NCBI RefSeq assembly: GCF_009914755.1
Contig: NC_060930.1
DNA from: the human T2T-CHM13v2.0 reference genome, Homo sapiens
Strand: one strand, 5' to 3'
DNA length: 64,000 nt
Position numbers and translations under genes: made by a program. A model generated the notes under the pieces. It worked only from the letters and a program-made list of their open reading frames with translations, was not told where the DNA came from and did not search any database. This document shows, one piece after another, positions 1 through 16,786 of this stretch; the first letter of the stretch is position 1; every line of letters starts with the position of its first letter.

Positions 1-2354
1 TCAGTGAGTCTTAGAAACTGCTAACTTCTGTAGGGTGGGCTAAAGGAAAAGATGCAGTGATCCTGAGGGCTTAAGGCTGGGAAATGGAGTGTTGGCAAGG
101 ACACTTAAAGAGCGGCCATTTGGACAGGCGAGTGAAGAGTTGTTTTTTTACAGCCTGGGTTTGGGCATCAAGCATTCATCTAGACATACTTAATTGGTAG
201 TAAGCTTCTGAGTCTGGTAACATAAAGCAATGGTTAAAGCTGAAGGGTCTTGAAGTCTGTAGGCAGTAAGAGCTGAATTAAGGATGAAAGTGATTCTCAA
301 GGGAATGTGGAGAAGAAAAGCTAGAGACAATCCACAAGAAGCAACCACATATATGAAGCAATGGAGGAAGAGAAGACAAAGAAAGTAGTCAGATTATTTA
401 GAGACAGAGAATACAGCCATTAGTTTTGTAAGTAACAATCGTCTGATTTCCACCTATGAGACATGTAGGAATCCTGTACCAATGGGGATTGGTGTGTGGA
501 GCCAGAATGAACAATTCAAAACAAATCCTAGAAGGCCAATCTAGTTAGTCTTCTATCCAATCTGATGGGGTGAAACAGAAAATTATAATAGAAGGTAAGA
601 GAAAATTGAAACCAATGACATCCAGTGAATACAGGAGGGCTCAGAGCCAGGTGATTAGTCTAGAAGCAGAGGTTTGTTTTAAAGGGAGTTTTACCATGAG
701 CTTGGGCAAGAGGAAAATCCCTAAGTACATAGTCCTGATCTGGATGGTGGTGAATAATCTGATTATAGATAGAGAATACCACCATTTTAATCACATTTTT
801 TTCCACTTGTGACCTCAGCTTCAGCCCAGGGTTTGTCTAAGGCCAAGTACATGGCTGGGAAATCAGGAGATGTGATGAGGTGGTCCAATAAAAAAACATT
901 TGAATGAGGGTTCAAACACTTTCTGAAGAACATCCCAAACTGCATTAACTGCAGGAGTTCATATGGAAACAAGTATGCTTGGAAAATTATTGGCCCGAGG
1001 GAAGACTTTCTGCAAGACTGAGGAGCCTTCTGGGGAAGAACTCACCCCAAGTGAAGAAGCAGCCTATAAATAGATGCTATACACTTTAGTGGTTGAAGGA
1101 AAGTCGTGATTCAAAGCACAAAATCATAAATAAAAGAGTGATTTTACAAAAATCTCTTAAAATAGTCAAGCTCAATAAATACTTTAAAGGACTATGCCCA
1201 AAGTGAAGGAAGGAATTGCCTTCCACCTCTTAGATACATAAAGTGGGCAGCATGACAGCTCTAGCACATCAGAGCTGGTGCTCTGTAGGGGTGATACTGG
1301 GTCAGAGGAGAGGTTGTGGAGCACTGTGGGCCAGTGGCAGTAATTGCAGTTCCTATAGGAGCAGCAAGGGTTCAATGGAAGTGGGTTTATTTGTGAATAC
1401 ATGTGCAACACTTGTACAATATTCAATACTAAAAGCTGCCCTCCCCCAATCCCAAATTCTAATGTGTATATGTGTATGTGCATGCTCACACACATGTGAT
1501 CTCATGGGTTTATTACATAATCATTTCAAAAATAGATACAGATGCAGCTTCATGTAGTAGAATCGATACATCAGTGAAATTTGAATTATTTCCATTAATG
1601 TGCCGGGTTTGCCACACAGATTGGTAAATTACATGTACAATTAAATAAATGTTCTCAGATTTTCCAACAACTCCTGATACACAGTGGAACTAGGTTATAA
1701 ATGATGATAACTGCCTTTTAAAAAATATATGAACTATAGCTGCAGCTGCTGTAAGGATTCTGGAGGGGTTTGCAACTACCCACTCATTTCCTAAACTAAC
1801 TATTTGGCTAAAGTTTCAAATTCAGAGAGTTTGCTCTAGCTGTCATCTTGAGTTTGTCTCTGATATTGCATTATCTTTAGTTCAATGAAACCTCTAAATC
1901 ACAATCCTTTTTGCTTAGATCAAATTGGACTTCCAGGAATTATGTGTAAAACAGACATAGCATATAAGCATTATATAACTATAAATTATGATTCAATGCA
2001 TGTATTTATTACATACACAATTCAATACATGGCACACAAATAAAAATAATTTGAGAACCTCCTGATATCTTCAGGCCACTGGCAGTCCTACTCCTAAAAA
2101 TAAAAATAGATTATTTTTAGGGAAAGAGGTTAGAACAGCTACAGGAAGTAATTTATGAAGAAAATAGTTTAAAGTGGAGTGGACTACCTCCAGAAGGCAA
2201 TTAAGCATTTGTTCAGTGACTTTTGAAGTGACCTGCTTGTTTTGCCCTTTTTCAGATGAGAAGAGAACAGCAATCACACTATCCACTACATCCTTTGTAA
2301 ACTTTTCTGTGGTTGGCTTTGTAAAAGTTATCTGGCCTGTGTAAAGAATCAGGA

Positions 2355-2470
2355 GGCCAGGCATGGTGGCACACCTGAAGTCCCAGCTACTTGGGGGTGC
2401 TGAGGTGAGAGGATCACTTGAGCCCAGGAGTTCAAGACCAGTCTGGGTAATATAGCAAGACCCTCGACAA
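2355..2470 (+). mobile_element. Free left Alu monomer (FLAM-like SINE)
   Basis: ggccaggcatggtggc...ggatcacttgagcccaggagttcaagaccag...atagcaagaccc; single monomer. Confidence 0.85.
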
Positions 2471-2529
2471 TATAACCAAGAGGACATAAAACTAAGAAAG
2501 TATGAATCTAAGTTAATGTGTCCCTATGT

Positions 2530-2722
2530 GTATCCCTGAGAACACTAGTGTCAGATGCTAATTTGGATATTCTTGCAAATCGGTTTCATGGTCAAATATA
2601 TGTGAGAAATAAAGTGAGTCATATTTATTTACTGAAGCTTTTTTTCAGAGTCTTTCATATGCTAATTGTTAATAGACTTTAAGGGTACAATATGGAGAGT
2701 TCCAAAGCTTTGGCAATTTCAA
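2530..2722. mobile_element. hAT-Charlie MER DNA-transposon fossil (MER103/MER112-like), left part; continues at ~5216-5265
   Basis: gaacactagt...catggtcaaata...tttactgaagc..tcagagtctttcatatgctaat resembles the remembered consensus; the terminal part (ggaactagttttccacagaatagtttgagaaa) lies after the L1. Confidence 0.5.
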
Positions 2723-2903
2723 TCTTTGTTTTATAAATTGTAAATTAACAAAATATAGTTGTATATGTTTATGGGGTACAAAGTGATATTATGTTTATGA
2801 ATGCAATATGGAATAATTAAATCAAGCTAATTAACGTATTTGTTACCTTAATTTTTTTTTTTCGTGAGAAAAAGTACTCTCTCAGCAGCTGGAATGTGCA
2901 ATC

Positions 2904-3310
2904 TAACATATACACCATGGAATACTATGCAGTCATAAAAAAATGAGTTCATGTCCTTTGCAGGGACATGGATGAAGGTCAAAGCCATCATTCTCAGCAA
3001 ACTAATGCAGGAACAGAAAACCAAACACTGCATGTTCTCACTCATAAGTGAGAGTTGAACAATGAGAACACTTAGACACAGGGAGGGGAACATCACGTAC
3101 CGAAGCCTGTCGGGAAGAGGTGGGAGGCAACAGGAGGGAGAGCATTAGGACAAATACCTAAAGTATGAGAGGCTTAAAACCTAGATGATGGCTTGATAGG
3201 TGCAGCAAACCACCATGGCACATACATACTTATGTAACAAACCTGCACATTCTGCAAATGTGTCCCAAAACTTAAAGAAAAAAAAAGAAATATACCTTTG
3301 TAAAACAAAA
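2904..3310 (+). mobile_element. 5'-truncated L1PA 3' end (about L1PA7-10)
   Basis: catatacaccatggaatactatgcag...gcagcaaaccaccatggcac...A-tail; 11-bp TSD aatgtgcaatc at 2893-2903 and 3311-3321. Confidence 0.92.
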
Positions 3311-4150
3311 AATGTGCAATCCACTATGATTTACTACATTCACCCCCACTGCATAATATGTCTCAAAGAAAAATTTTATTCTTTCTGTCTAATTGAAGTT
3401 GTGTATCCTTTGGCTATAATTTCCCCATTCCCACCACTCCTCCCACTCCCCCATTGCCCGCCTCTGGTAACCACCTTTCTGCTTTCTGCTTACTCTAAGT
3501 GCTACTGCTTTAGATACCACATATAAGTGAGAACATATTTGTCTTTCTGTTCCTGGTTTTTTTCACTTAGCATAATGTTCTCCAATTTTATCCATGTTCT
3601 TGCAAAGGACAGAATTTATTTCTTTTTAAGATTGAATGGTATTCCACTTTGTATATATGGTACTTTTTTATATTTATCTGCTGATGGACATTTAGGTTGA
3701 TTCCATATCTTGACAGTTGTGATTAATGCTACAGTGAACATGAGAGTACAAACATCTCTTTGACACTCTGATCTCAAATCTTTTGGGTTAAGACCCAGAA
3801 ATGGGGTTGCTAGATCATATAGTATTTCTATTTTTAGTTTTTTGAAAAACCTTCATACAGTTTCCTATAATGGCTATACTAATTTACATTCCCACCAGCA
3901 GTGTGCAAAAGCTCCCTTTCTCCACATTCTTGCAAACACTTTGCCTTTTGTCTTTTTAACAATAGCCATTCTGACAGGTATGAGATGATATATCATTGTG
4001 GTTTTAATTCTCATTTTTCTAATCATTAGTGACTTTGAGCATTTTTTCATATATTTGTTAGCCATTTGCATATCTTCTTTTGAGTAAGATCTATTCTGGT
4101 CCTTTACCCATTTTTAAATCAGGTTATTTGTTTTCTTCCTCTGAAGAGTT

Positions 4151-4392
4151 CAGTTCCAATGAGAACACATGGACATAGGGAGGGGAACAACACACACTGG
4201 GGCCTGTTGTGGGGGATGTGGGGAGGGAGAGCATAAAGATAAATACCTAATGCATGTGGGTCTTAATACCTAGGTGATGGGTTGATAGGTGCAGCAAACC
4301 ACCATGGCACACGTTTACCTATGTAACAAACTTGCACGGTCCTGCACGTGTATCCCAGAACTTAACATAAAATTAAATTAAAATTTTTTATA
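4151..4392 (+). mobile_element. 5'-truncated L1PA 3' end (about L1PA11-13)
   Basis: caatgagaacacatggaca...cttaatacctaggtgatgggttgataggtgcagcaaacc; TSD gaagagtt at 4143-4150 and 4393-4400. Confidence 0.9.
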
Positions 4393-7300
4393 GAAGAGTT
4401 GAATTCCTTATATGTTTTGGATACTAACCCCTTATCAGATAAATATAGCTTACAAATATTTTCTCACAAATATATCTGTTCACTCTGTTGAGTGTTTCCT
4501 TTGTTGTGCAGAAGTTTTTTATCTTGATATAATCTTGTCTATTTTTACTATTGTTGCCTGCACTTTTGCTATCAAATTCCAAAAAATAATTTCCCAGACC
4601 AATACGTAGTTTTTCCCCTATGTTTTCTTCCAGTAGTTTTACAGTTTCTGATCTTACATTTAAGTTTTAAATCCATTTTGAGTTGATTATTGTACACGAT
4701 GTGAGGTAAAGGTCCAATTTTATTCTTCTGCATATGGATATCCAGTTTTTCCAGCATGATTTATTGAACGGACTGGCCTTTTCTCATTGTGTATTCTTGG
4801 TACCTTTGTCAAAAATCAGCTAGCCATACACGTGTGTACATGCACCTACATGACCATACATGCCTGACAGTGCTGGTTTAATTACTATATCTTTGTAGCA
4901 TATTTTGAAGTCATGTAATATGATGTCTCCAACTTTGTTCTTTTTGCTCATGGTTGCCTTGGCAATTTGCTTCTTTTGCGGTTCCATATAAATACTAGGA
5001 TTGTTTTTCTATTTCTCTGAAAAATGACATTGAAATTCTAATAGGAATTACAATGAATCTGTAGATTATTTTGTGTTGTATTGGCATTTTAGCAAAATTA
5101 ATTTTTTCTAATTCATGAACATGAGCTATCTGTCCATTTATTAGTGTCGTCTTCAATGTCTTTCATTAAACACATTATAGCTTTTAGTGTACAGGTCTTT
5201 CACCTCCTTGGTTTATAGAACATTTCAAGGAACTAGTTTTCCACAGAATAGTTTGAGAAATGTTCCTCTAATTAGATGTAAATTACCTTGCAGAGAAGGC
5301 TGCCTGCTGTTCTTTAATTCCACCCCCCAAAAATCTTTAATCAGAGTGCAAGAGTGGAGAATGGTAGGAAGATAGAAAATTTTACAAAGTAAAATGGGTA
5401 ACATTGAAATTTAACTAAAAGAGAGCACTAAAATTCAGGAATGTTCAGAGATGAAGAAATTTACTATAAATAGATGCCATATACACAGTAGGTATGCAAT
5501 AATACTTGTTGATAGAATATATAAAATTGTACAATGCTCAAATATTGTTTATAGGATCTTATTCATTGGAACTTGTAAATATTATTTCTGTTGTCTATTT
5601 ATAGAAAAAGTAGAATTAAATATCCAATTTACAGATTGTAAAATTAAGACTGATAAAAAGCTGTGTAGATCATGAATCAAAATGAATTATGAATGAACAC
5701 AGTGGCAGATAATGTTATTGAGTATTCTTGAAAATGGGTTTTATGGTAAACAGAGACAGAATAAAAAAGAGTTTTCTCCTTCTGATAACTTTATTTTATA
5801 GGGCTTTCCAATCTCTTCATATTGGTTGTTCACATTCTCCTCTGAGAGATAGCTTCATTATTTTCCAATGAACTAGCTTATATAAATTGGATGTTTTTGT
5901 TACCTGCAACCAGAATATCTTTAATTAAGACAGAGCTGTGATGGATAAACATGTCACCTCCTTTTCTTATTAAGAAAGGTCTCTTAAGGACACAGCTGAA
6001 TGACTATAGTTGTTGCTTTCCAGGCACTGTAGCAGACTGGCAGGAGGGCATCTTGAGGCTTTTCGAATTTCACTGTGTAGGCAGCTGTCTTTTCCGTTTC
6101 CACCTAAGTCTGCTGAGGAGTATAAAGAATCAGATCCAGGCAGTCCTCAAGCTGCATAAAGGGCATATAGGGTAAACATGACCAAATATGCCCTTCCAGA
6201 ACTCAGATTACATATGTGAGCCTATAACATCCATATTTTTTATGGTCCTTCTGTCTTCCTCTGCACAGCTTACAGAGCCCCTGAAATTGTGATCTCATCC
6301 CCAAAGCTAAGACAGTCTCCTGTGCTGAAGTGTATTTTAAAATATTTTAAGCATAACTACTAATTGTTGAGGCAATGGTTAGGCAAGAGATGCCATGGGC
6401 ATCTCAGGAGACTCAGGATTCTAGAAAACAATGGATCCAAGGAAACCTCAGGCGTGGGCAGGAGACAGAGAGTAATCTGGATGTATACGTAAAGCGCCCA
6501 CACTTCAGGACTTCCAGTTATTTTCTGTTGGGTACTTCCATGAGGATGGAGGTCATTCACTGGTGTCTATTGAGGCCAGGGCCCTAGATTTGCAGGCCAC
6601 ATCATGGACTTTTCTTCCTTCTGAAGTCCAGAATTGAATGCCCTAATCAATGATGCGTACTGCCTCCTGACATCTCTGTATTGTACTTTACTTCTGTATG
6701 TAGGCTTATTTAGCTTCCTGTACATAGGCTTATTCTCTCAGAATCAAATTATGAGAAGAAAATGTGTTCATCAAGTTTCTTTTAAGAGATAATCGGGTCA
6801 GAATTTTGTCCCAGGCTACTGATCAATTAGATATTAAATGTTTTAATATATTAAAATAATATAACACATAACTTACCTCATGCACATTTTAAGTGCTATC
6901 CTGTCTCCAAAATTATTGCTTCCCCTTTTTTCGCCCTCTCACACCCATGTTCTCCCCTTATTCAGCCTCAGATACCCCTGAGAAGCTCACCTGTTGCCAA
7001 AGGCCATTTGGTAAGAGAGATTAAAGAAAACATGGCCACACAGGGGGTCCCTGCGCCTCTCTTTCTCCCTTCATCTGTGGATTTGGGAAGTATTTTATGA
7101 ACTCTTAATTTTATTTTTTTTCTTTTTAGTATTAGATACCTTGTTTGGTACTTTATTAATGTTAATCAGAGACTCTGACAGATTGTTATTAGATCCTCCT
7201 TGGTGCCAAGCACTGAGTTAGCACGTGAACAAATAACTGAACCCAAAAGTATTACAAAGGAACAGAGAGAAATATGTTACAAAGTAAAATTGAGCATCGT

Positions 7301-8480
7301 TATTAACATTGTCTCTTGCACAGAAATAATTTATACACTTTTTATTTCATTGACAGGGAAAACAAGAGAAGGGGAAGAGAGCAGAGTTTAAAAGCAATTT
7401 TATATCTTTAGACAAATGGTATCTTTTCTTTCAGAATCATCTGACCTCTGCCCTGTTTTCTCTGTCTCAACAATGAAATTGCTTTGCACTTCTCTTTAGC
7501 CAGATGCCACAGAAAGGAACTAATTCAATAGTCATTGCAAAGGGAAAGGATTTGCACTACTTAGCTTGACAGCCAGTTACATGTAAATAGGTCAGAAAAC
7601 TTCAGCAAAACTTGAGCAAGCCCCAAACATCAATGGACATATCACTGTGCTGGGAGGAAATGAAGACTGTGGGGTGTTGGGAGGAGAGAGTTCCAGAAAG
7701 GGAATGTAGCCTGATAATTTAATTCAGAACTGCATTTTTCATGGCAGTTCATGAATGAAGCAAATGTAAGGCAGTGCTGGGCATGTCAGAAGGAGATAGC
7801 AGTAAGAAAGTATAAGAGAAGGAGCATTTATTGAATATCAAGGCTCTTCAAGAAAATCTTAACTGAAGTTTGTCACCTAAGCTGTGAAACTCTGATGAAG
7901 AAAACAGAATTTAAACCCTCTGAAATGGTAACTTTTTTTCCAATAGAATATTATGAATGTTGAAAGAGAAAGTAGCCAATGAAAATGTTTTAAATAAATG
8001 ATGAATTTTCAGCATATGTGATGAAATGCTTTAGAATTTTTTTATTTTAGAATAGAGGGCTACTTATCAAAGCCTGCTTTTTATGGTCCAGCAAGTTCAT
8101 TGCATCAAAATGGAGGAAAGTGATTTAATAATCCTAGATTTAATCATTTTGTTCCCTTTTAATTTGCTTTGACCCATTTTGGAATTCTTTGACTATTTTC
8201 ATCAAACTCCTATTTTATGTTGTAATATAAGGAAGCTCTAAGCACGTAATCCTACTGGGTAGAAAAATAAGTGAGTGAAGAAGAAAAGACAGTAATAATT
8301 TCAAGAGAGAAAAAAATTGAAGGAGTAAACAGGTAGGAAATTGCTCCAAAGGCTGGTAACTTTATGTGATGTTCAAGCATTGTGTGAAGAGTTTGAGAAC
8401 AATATTGAAGAATGCAACATGAGAAATACAGAAGTCAAGTTATCTGCCTCTGGCAGTGGGAGAGTTATAGAACCTTGGAC

Positions 8481-9173
8481 TGAAAACATCTTTACAAAAA
8501 TTATAATTGAGAAGATTATTACAGTGAAAGAGATCTGATCTAACCAACCCCCAACTTGCCTTTAACCTCCAGATTGCCTTTGGTCATTCCTGGGCTTGGG
8601 CCAAGCTAACGTGGGAGAAAATTTAGCCTATACTTTAAATGATAATAGCCCTTCCCCAAAACTAAACCACTTTTATAAAACTAATGAAAGGCCACCAGAT
8701 TAGGAGGATGAGAGGAGCCTGAATTCTGCTAATATATAGCATAGATAAATGATTACCAGCCATTATTCTAGAGGTAACAAGATTTGGAACTTCCCTAATT
8801 CACTATTGTAGAACTTAAGATTGGCCTTTTGAGATGCCTTCTCAGGCTTTTGCATTTCTGACAATCAGATGGCCCTACCTGGACTCTCAACCAGTCCTGT
8901 GGCCCCCAGTTGGAAGCAAACTCACTGTATGAGGGCCATTTTCCCCACACCATGATGGCATCCCCTACCAATCAGCAGTACCCATTTCCCTGGCTTCTGC
9001 CCACCAAACTAGCCTCAAAAAACCCTGGCCTCCAAATTTTCAGGGAGATCAATTTGAGTAATAACTTTATATCTCCCACATCTCAATTAAACTCTTTCTT
9101 TATTATGATGCCATGGTCTCAGTAAATTGGTTTTGTCTGTGCAGTGGACAGGAAGAACTCATCAGTGATTACA
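8481..9173 (+). mobile_element. ERV1 solo LTR, LTR8-like (MER4 group)
   Basis: TG...CA ends; acagtgaaagagatctga, cattcctgggcttgggccaagctaac, attaaactctttc; near-TSD ggac/gcac. Confidence 0.85.
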
Positions 9174-9610
9174 GCACTTGTTAAAAATCAATTAGATCAG
9201 AGGCTATAGCTGGCTGTCTACAGATATGTTGAATTTAATCCTCAGATATCTTTGACGTTTTTCTGAATGTGAATGTCTCTAGACAGAATAGATGTGCTCC
9301 AATTCCAGCCCCACCAGCACTTACAATTCCATACCTAGCTGGCTGTTTCACTTACTTTTATAACCTGTTCTCTGAAGACATTTGAATTTGTGATTCTTGA
9401 TCTATCCCAACCCTGTCATTTTTAAATTGAAATAAACAATGGCTAGTGAGAACAAGTGCTTCTCAAGATTGCCCAAATGGAAGCAACATGAGAAGTAGAC
9501 AACTAGTGACCTAACTTTCTGTGTACTTGGGTGTGAGTATAACAGGTCCACAATCCTCCTTCAACAATTCTTTAAACTTTTTTTTTTCTTTTTTTTTTGT
9601 AACACACTTA

Positions 9611-10098
9611 GGATAGCAACAGGAAGCAGCCAAATGCCTAGGCAGATAGGGGTGGGTCCCCTGTGAAACACCACCTTCAAACCAAAAAAACAGCCTGAAG
9701 GCAGAAAGAATGGACTACTGGTCCCAGATGAAACCCACGACACAGAATGAGAACTTCTGTTCCTGTTTGCCTGCCCTTCTCCTATTCTGAGCCCATAAAA
9801 GCCCTGGACTCAGCCATATTATGGGGACTTTCCCACCTTTGGGTGGGGGACCACCCCCATGTCCCCTCTCTGCTGAAAGCTGTTTTATCACTCAATAAAA
9901 CTCCTGCCTTGATCACTTTTTGATTGTCAGTGCATCCTCATTCTTCTTGGGTGTGGGACAAGAACTCAGGAACGGTGCATAGGCCAGACTTGGCCTGGGT
10001 GGGCTGATTGGGCAAGGCACCTCCTGCGGCCAGTAGCATACCCCAAGCAAGGCCAGAGGTCCCCAACTGGCAAAGGGACCGAGAAAAATCCTGCATCA
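9611..10098 (+). mobile_element. ERV1 solo LTR (LTR9/LTR1/MER52-type)
   Basis: gatagcaacaggaagcagccaaatgcctaggcagataggg...cataaaagccc...aataaaactc...gagaaaaatcctgcatca; near-TSD ctta/ttta. Confidence 0.8.
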
Positions 10099-11082
10099 TT
10101 TAGACACAAACCTATCTTGAACAGATGCTGCCTATTAGTGAAAATACTCATATCTCACTGCAAAAATTTATATATAATGAATTTTGGGAGTAGGTATGCT
10201 TAAATATAATATTGATGGTGTTATACTTTTCTAAAATCTTTAAGTGATGTACTTTTGAAGTAATTCTAGCACCAAAGTTTAAAGTAGAAGGCTTGCACTA
10301 GACACACAACACAGAAAATTGAAAGCCAAAGGGATGAGTTAAAATTCATTTTTTCCCCAAAACTGTAAGGATAGATTCAGCAACTAATATATATCATATA
10401 TTCTACTAGGCTCTAGACTGGGTGAAGAACTCATTTGTAAATTATTTTTGTTGGCTTAAGAAGTTACTTAAGTTCATGGTTTGAATACAGAGGTATAATG
10501 ATTGACCAAACTTTTTACCTGTAGTTATTTAAAATATGAAATTTAAATTTTGAGTTACTTTTCCATCACCGTTAGATTTTTCTCAGAAAAATAAAAATTA
10601 GAAAAATTTCTGAGTACAATATGATATTAGATGGCATACGCAAGAGTGATTATTAGCTGTCAAGATCTCCCATAGACCTAAGATGATTTTCTGCCACAGG
10701 TGGAAGTTGTATAAATCATTACCAACATTTATATGTCACATAATAGTTAAACTTCTATTGCTTCTGTGAAGTATATTCAAAAAATGAAACAAGAAACAAG
10801 TACAAATAAAAAGCTCTGGAGATCTGGATGGAAAGAGGGCTTTTGTATATCTAGTGATAAGTGGGCTGGGCCATTTCCAGTTTGTGGAAAGAGTATTTTC
10901 TGGTAGCTTGGAAAGGCGAATATGATGTGTCACTAATCAGTGGCCTCTGCGATTGAGGATAACAGATGCCTGAAATAGAGGAACTGTGGTAACAGAGTAA
11001 GAGACAGAATGATACATGGAAAAATCTATTTCTCTCTTTTTCTTGATTACACAGAAGTAGTTCTTGATCATACAGCTCTTGA

Positions 11083-11418
<336 letters not shown>

Positions 11419-11450
11419 TGACAGCTCCATGGAGAAAAAATCAGAAAAGA

Positions 11451-11750
11451 GGCCAGGCTCATGGCTGTAATCCCAGCACTTTGGGAGGCCTAGGTGGGCG
11501 GATCACCTGAGGTCAGGAGCTGAAGACCAGCCTGGCTAACCTGATGAAACCCCGTCTCTACTAAAAATACAAAACTTAGCTGGGCATGGTGGTGCATGCC
11601 TGTAGTCCCAGCTACTTGGGAGGCTGAAGCAGAAGAATAGCTTGACCAGGGAGGTGGAGGTTACAGTGAGCTGAGATTGTGCCTCTGCACTCCAGTCTGG
11701 GTGAGACTCTGTTTCAAAAAAAACAAAAAAAAAAAAACAAAAAAAAAAAC
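11451..11750 (+). mobile_element. AluS (Sx-like)
   Basis: Full dimer, ggatcacctgaggtcagg, A-rich tail. Confidence 0.92.
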
Positions 11751-11751
11751 G

Positions 11752-12405
<654 letters not shown>

Positions 12406-12412
12406 TCAACAC

Positions 12413-12482
12413 GTGTGTGTGTGTGTGTGCGTGTGTGTGTGTGCATGTGTGTGTGTGTGTGTGTGTCTGTGTGTGTGTGTGT
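12413..12482. repeat. (TG)n microsatellite, imperfect, ~35 units
   Basis: Directly visible. Confidence 0.95.
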
Positions 12483-13603
12483 ACCAGGGGGTTACCTGCT
12501 ATGTGCCAGGCCATCATGAAGTCTCATTTTCACAGTGATCCTAGTTGGCTACAGTTTTCAATTTCAGACAAGAGATATGTGGAAGCAAGAGAAATTATGG
12601 TGAATATCAAGTTATTAATCTTCTTTTATAGCAATTAATTACATATGGAATATGCATTTCCCAGAACCCAGAAGCAGGGCATTATATGCCATTTGTGAGA
12701 AATAGTTTAAAATTAAAAACTCAATAGAGCTGTTACCCTTAGTATGAAAACTTTACTAATAAAATTGATTTTTGAGATTCTTATGAAGAGATAATGGGTA
12801 GTTTTCCTTAAATAAGCAAATGAGTATAATTTTCCTTTCCAACTAATTTTTCAAGAAGTAGAACTTTAATGCATTTGTAGAAGACTTTAAAGTTATACTT
12901 TATAAGTTAAAAAAGAAAAAAAACTGATGCCATTAGGATGCTGATTATTTTATCAATAGTACTATAAATTCTGCCCTCCTGAGGAGAATTAAAATAGTCA
13001 TTCCAGATTGCCCTTTTAGGAAATCATAATATATGTTCCCTATGGAGCTAGGGAAAGATGTCCAACCCCATGAAAATCCCCTAGAATTAAAAATATTTTT
13101 TCCTAGTGGCATATTGCTTTTAATATGTTATGGCCTTTGGAGTGGAGTAGCAGAAGTATCTTTCTTTCCTTCCTTGCTTTTTGTTATTGTTGTTTCTAGA
13201 TAGTAATGAGTCTACTTAAATGAAACAAAGACATAAAATAGAAATCATTATTCACAGAAGCAACACTGTGTAAATTTAATGCATATCTTTTTTAAAAGGA
13301 ATTTAATATGGACTCTAAAAAATTCCCTAGAGATAAACAGAACTCTGTCTTTTCCCCATTCTAGCTGTCAGAAAGAGCAGTAGGTGAAAGCAGACTGATT
13401 TCAGTTTAATTTGCTGTGTCCTCTGCAGGATAATGGTAGTCATTTGCCATTAGAAAGACCACTGATATTTTCTACTCTACTAACTCTAAAAGGTGAGCCT
13501 GGCTAGAATTAATATAATTTCATTGAGAGAAGCTTGTATCAAATTATTGACATAAATAGCAGATAGAGGTTACAAAGTTTCTAATTAGGACTAGAAAGGA
13601 CTT

Positions 13604-13915
13604 GGCCAGGTGTGGTGGCCCATACCTATAATTCCAGCACTTTGGGAGGCCGAGGTGAGTAGATCACTTGAGGCCAGGTGTTCAAAACCAGCCTGGCCAA
13701 CATGGGGAAACCCTGTCTCTACTAAAAATACAAAAATTAGCCAGGCTTGGTGGCGTGTGTCTCTAGTCCCAGCTACTCAAGGGGCTGAGGCATGAGAATC
13801 GCTTGAACCTGGGAGGCAGAGGTTGCAGTGAGCCAAGATCGCACCACAGAACTCCAGCCTGGGTGACAGGGTGAGACCCTGTCTCATAAGAAAAAAAAGA
13901 AAGAAAAAAAGAAAA
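13604..13915 (+). mobile_element. Alu (AluSz/J-like)
   Basis: Full dimer with A-rich tail; imperfect TSD gaaaggact/gaaaagact. Confidence 0.92.
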
Positions 13916-14293
13916 GACTCTGTCATTTTACCCATGTAGAATTTCCTTCTGCTGTGTTTCTATCAGATAATGGTACAGATTCAATCAATTTATTCAATAT
14001 ATGAATGCACACTTTTTTGGGAGCGTGGGAACACTGTTGAGTGCTAGAAAGTTCTTCCTGTATTGAACTGAAATGTCATTTTTAATAACATGTTCCATTT
14101 CTGGTTTTGGAAGAAAGCAGAGCAAGTCACACTCTTCTGAGAATACTTGAAAATGGCAATCAAACAACGCTCAGTTCTTTCCTTCTTTATGCTAAACTGC
14201 CTTATTTGTTTACATTTTCCTTACAGTATCCGGGTCTCAAAGCCTCCTCACCTTCCTTGGTTTCCTTCTGGATTTACATTAATTAGTGTGTCA

Positions 14294-16092
<1,799 letters not shown>

Positions 16093-16262
16093 TAGTGTGT
16101 CAGGGCCTCATCTAAATCATTTAATGTTTCTCTTAAGTTGAAAATAATTTCAGTTCTGGCATGATAAGATCTTCTTGCATGTACATGTCTATGTGTGCAA
16201 AATATTTTAAGTGACTAAATCCTTTAGGAAACAAAGTTGAATATGACGAAATAGAGACATAG

Positions 16263-16606
16263 CACTGTGGTTTGAATGTATTTTCCTTCAAAAACTTATG
16301 TTGAAATTTTATTGCCATTGTTAGAGTATTAAGAGGTGGAATTTTAGAGAGGTAATTAGGCCATGAGGCCTCCACCCTCATGGGTAGGATTAATGACATT
16401 ATAAAAAGGGAAGTTTGGCCCCATTTTGCCTCTTTGCCTATCTGCCTTCTGCCATGTGATGATGCAGCAAGAAGGCCCTGACCAGATGCTGATGCCTTGA
16501 TTCTGGACTTCCCAGTCCCCAGAACTTTGAGAAAATAACTTTCAGTTCTTTACAAATTACCCAGTCTCATGTGTTCTGTTGTAAATGCACAACATGGACT
16601 AAGACA
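16263..16606 (+). mobile_element. ERVL-MaLR solo LTR (MSTC/MSTD-like)
   Basis: ctgtggtttgaatg...gccatgtgatgatgcagcaagaaggccc...aaattacccagtctc...ggactaagaca; near-TSD catag/tatag. Confidence 0.88.
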
Positions 16607-16786
16607 TATAGACACACAGATAGGCAGATATAACACGCATTTTATTAGCATAAAATATTCTTTGGAAAAGCATTCGACTCCCCAGAAGGATAAAAGCTTG
16701 CATATAACTCTAATATGTTGCAACATATCCTGAGGAATAAATAGAAGTTCATTGCATTGGACCAGAGTTTAGAAAGCAAAAACATA

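Larger units (their letters stand above)
2725..5213 (-). mobile_element. L1MA-type LINE-1 (3' end plus ORF2 C-terminal region), interrupted by two L1PA inserts
   Basis: Antisense L1 3'UTR (gtatatgtttatggggtacaa; ttcacttagcataatgttctcc; aatttacattcccaccagcagtg); decayed ORF2 peptide on minus strand (MQMANKYMKKCS...HCWWECKLV). Confidence 0.9.

Noticed and set aside
12417-12638. Cys/Val-rich ORF
   Set aside because: Translation of the (TG)n microsatellite
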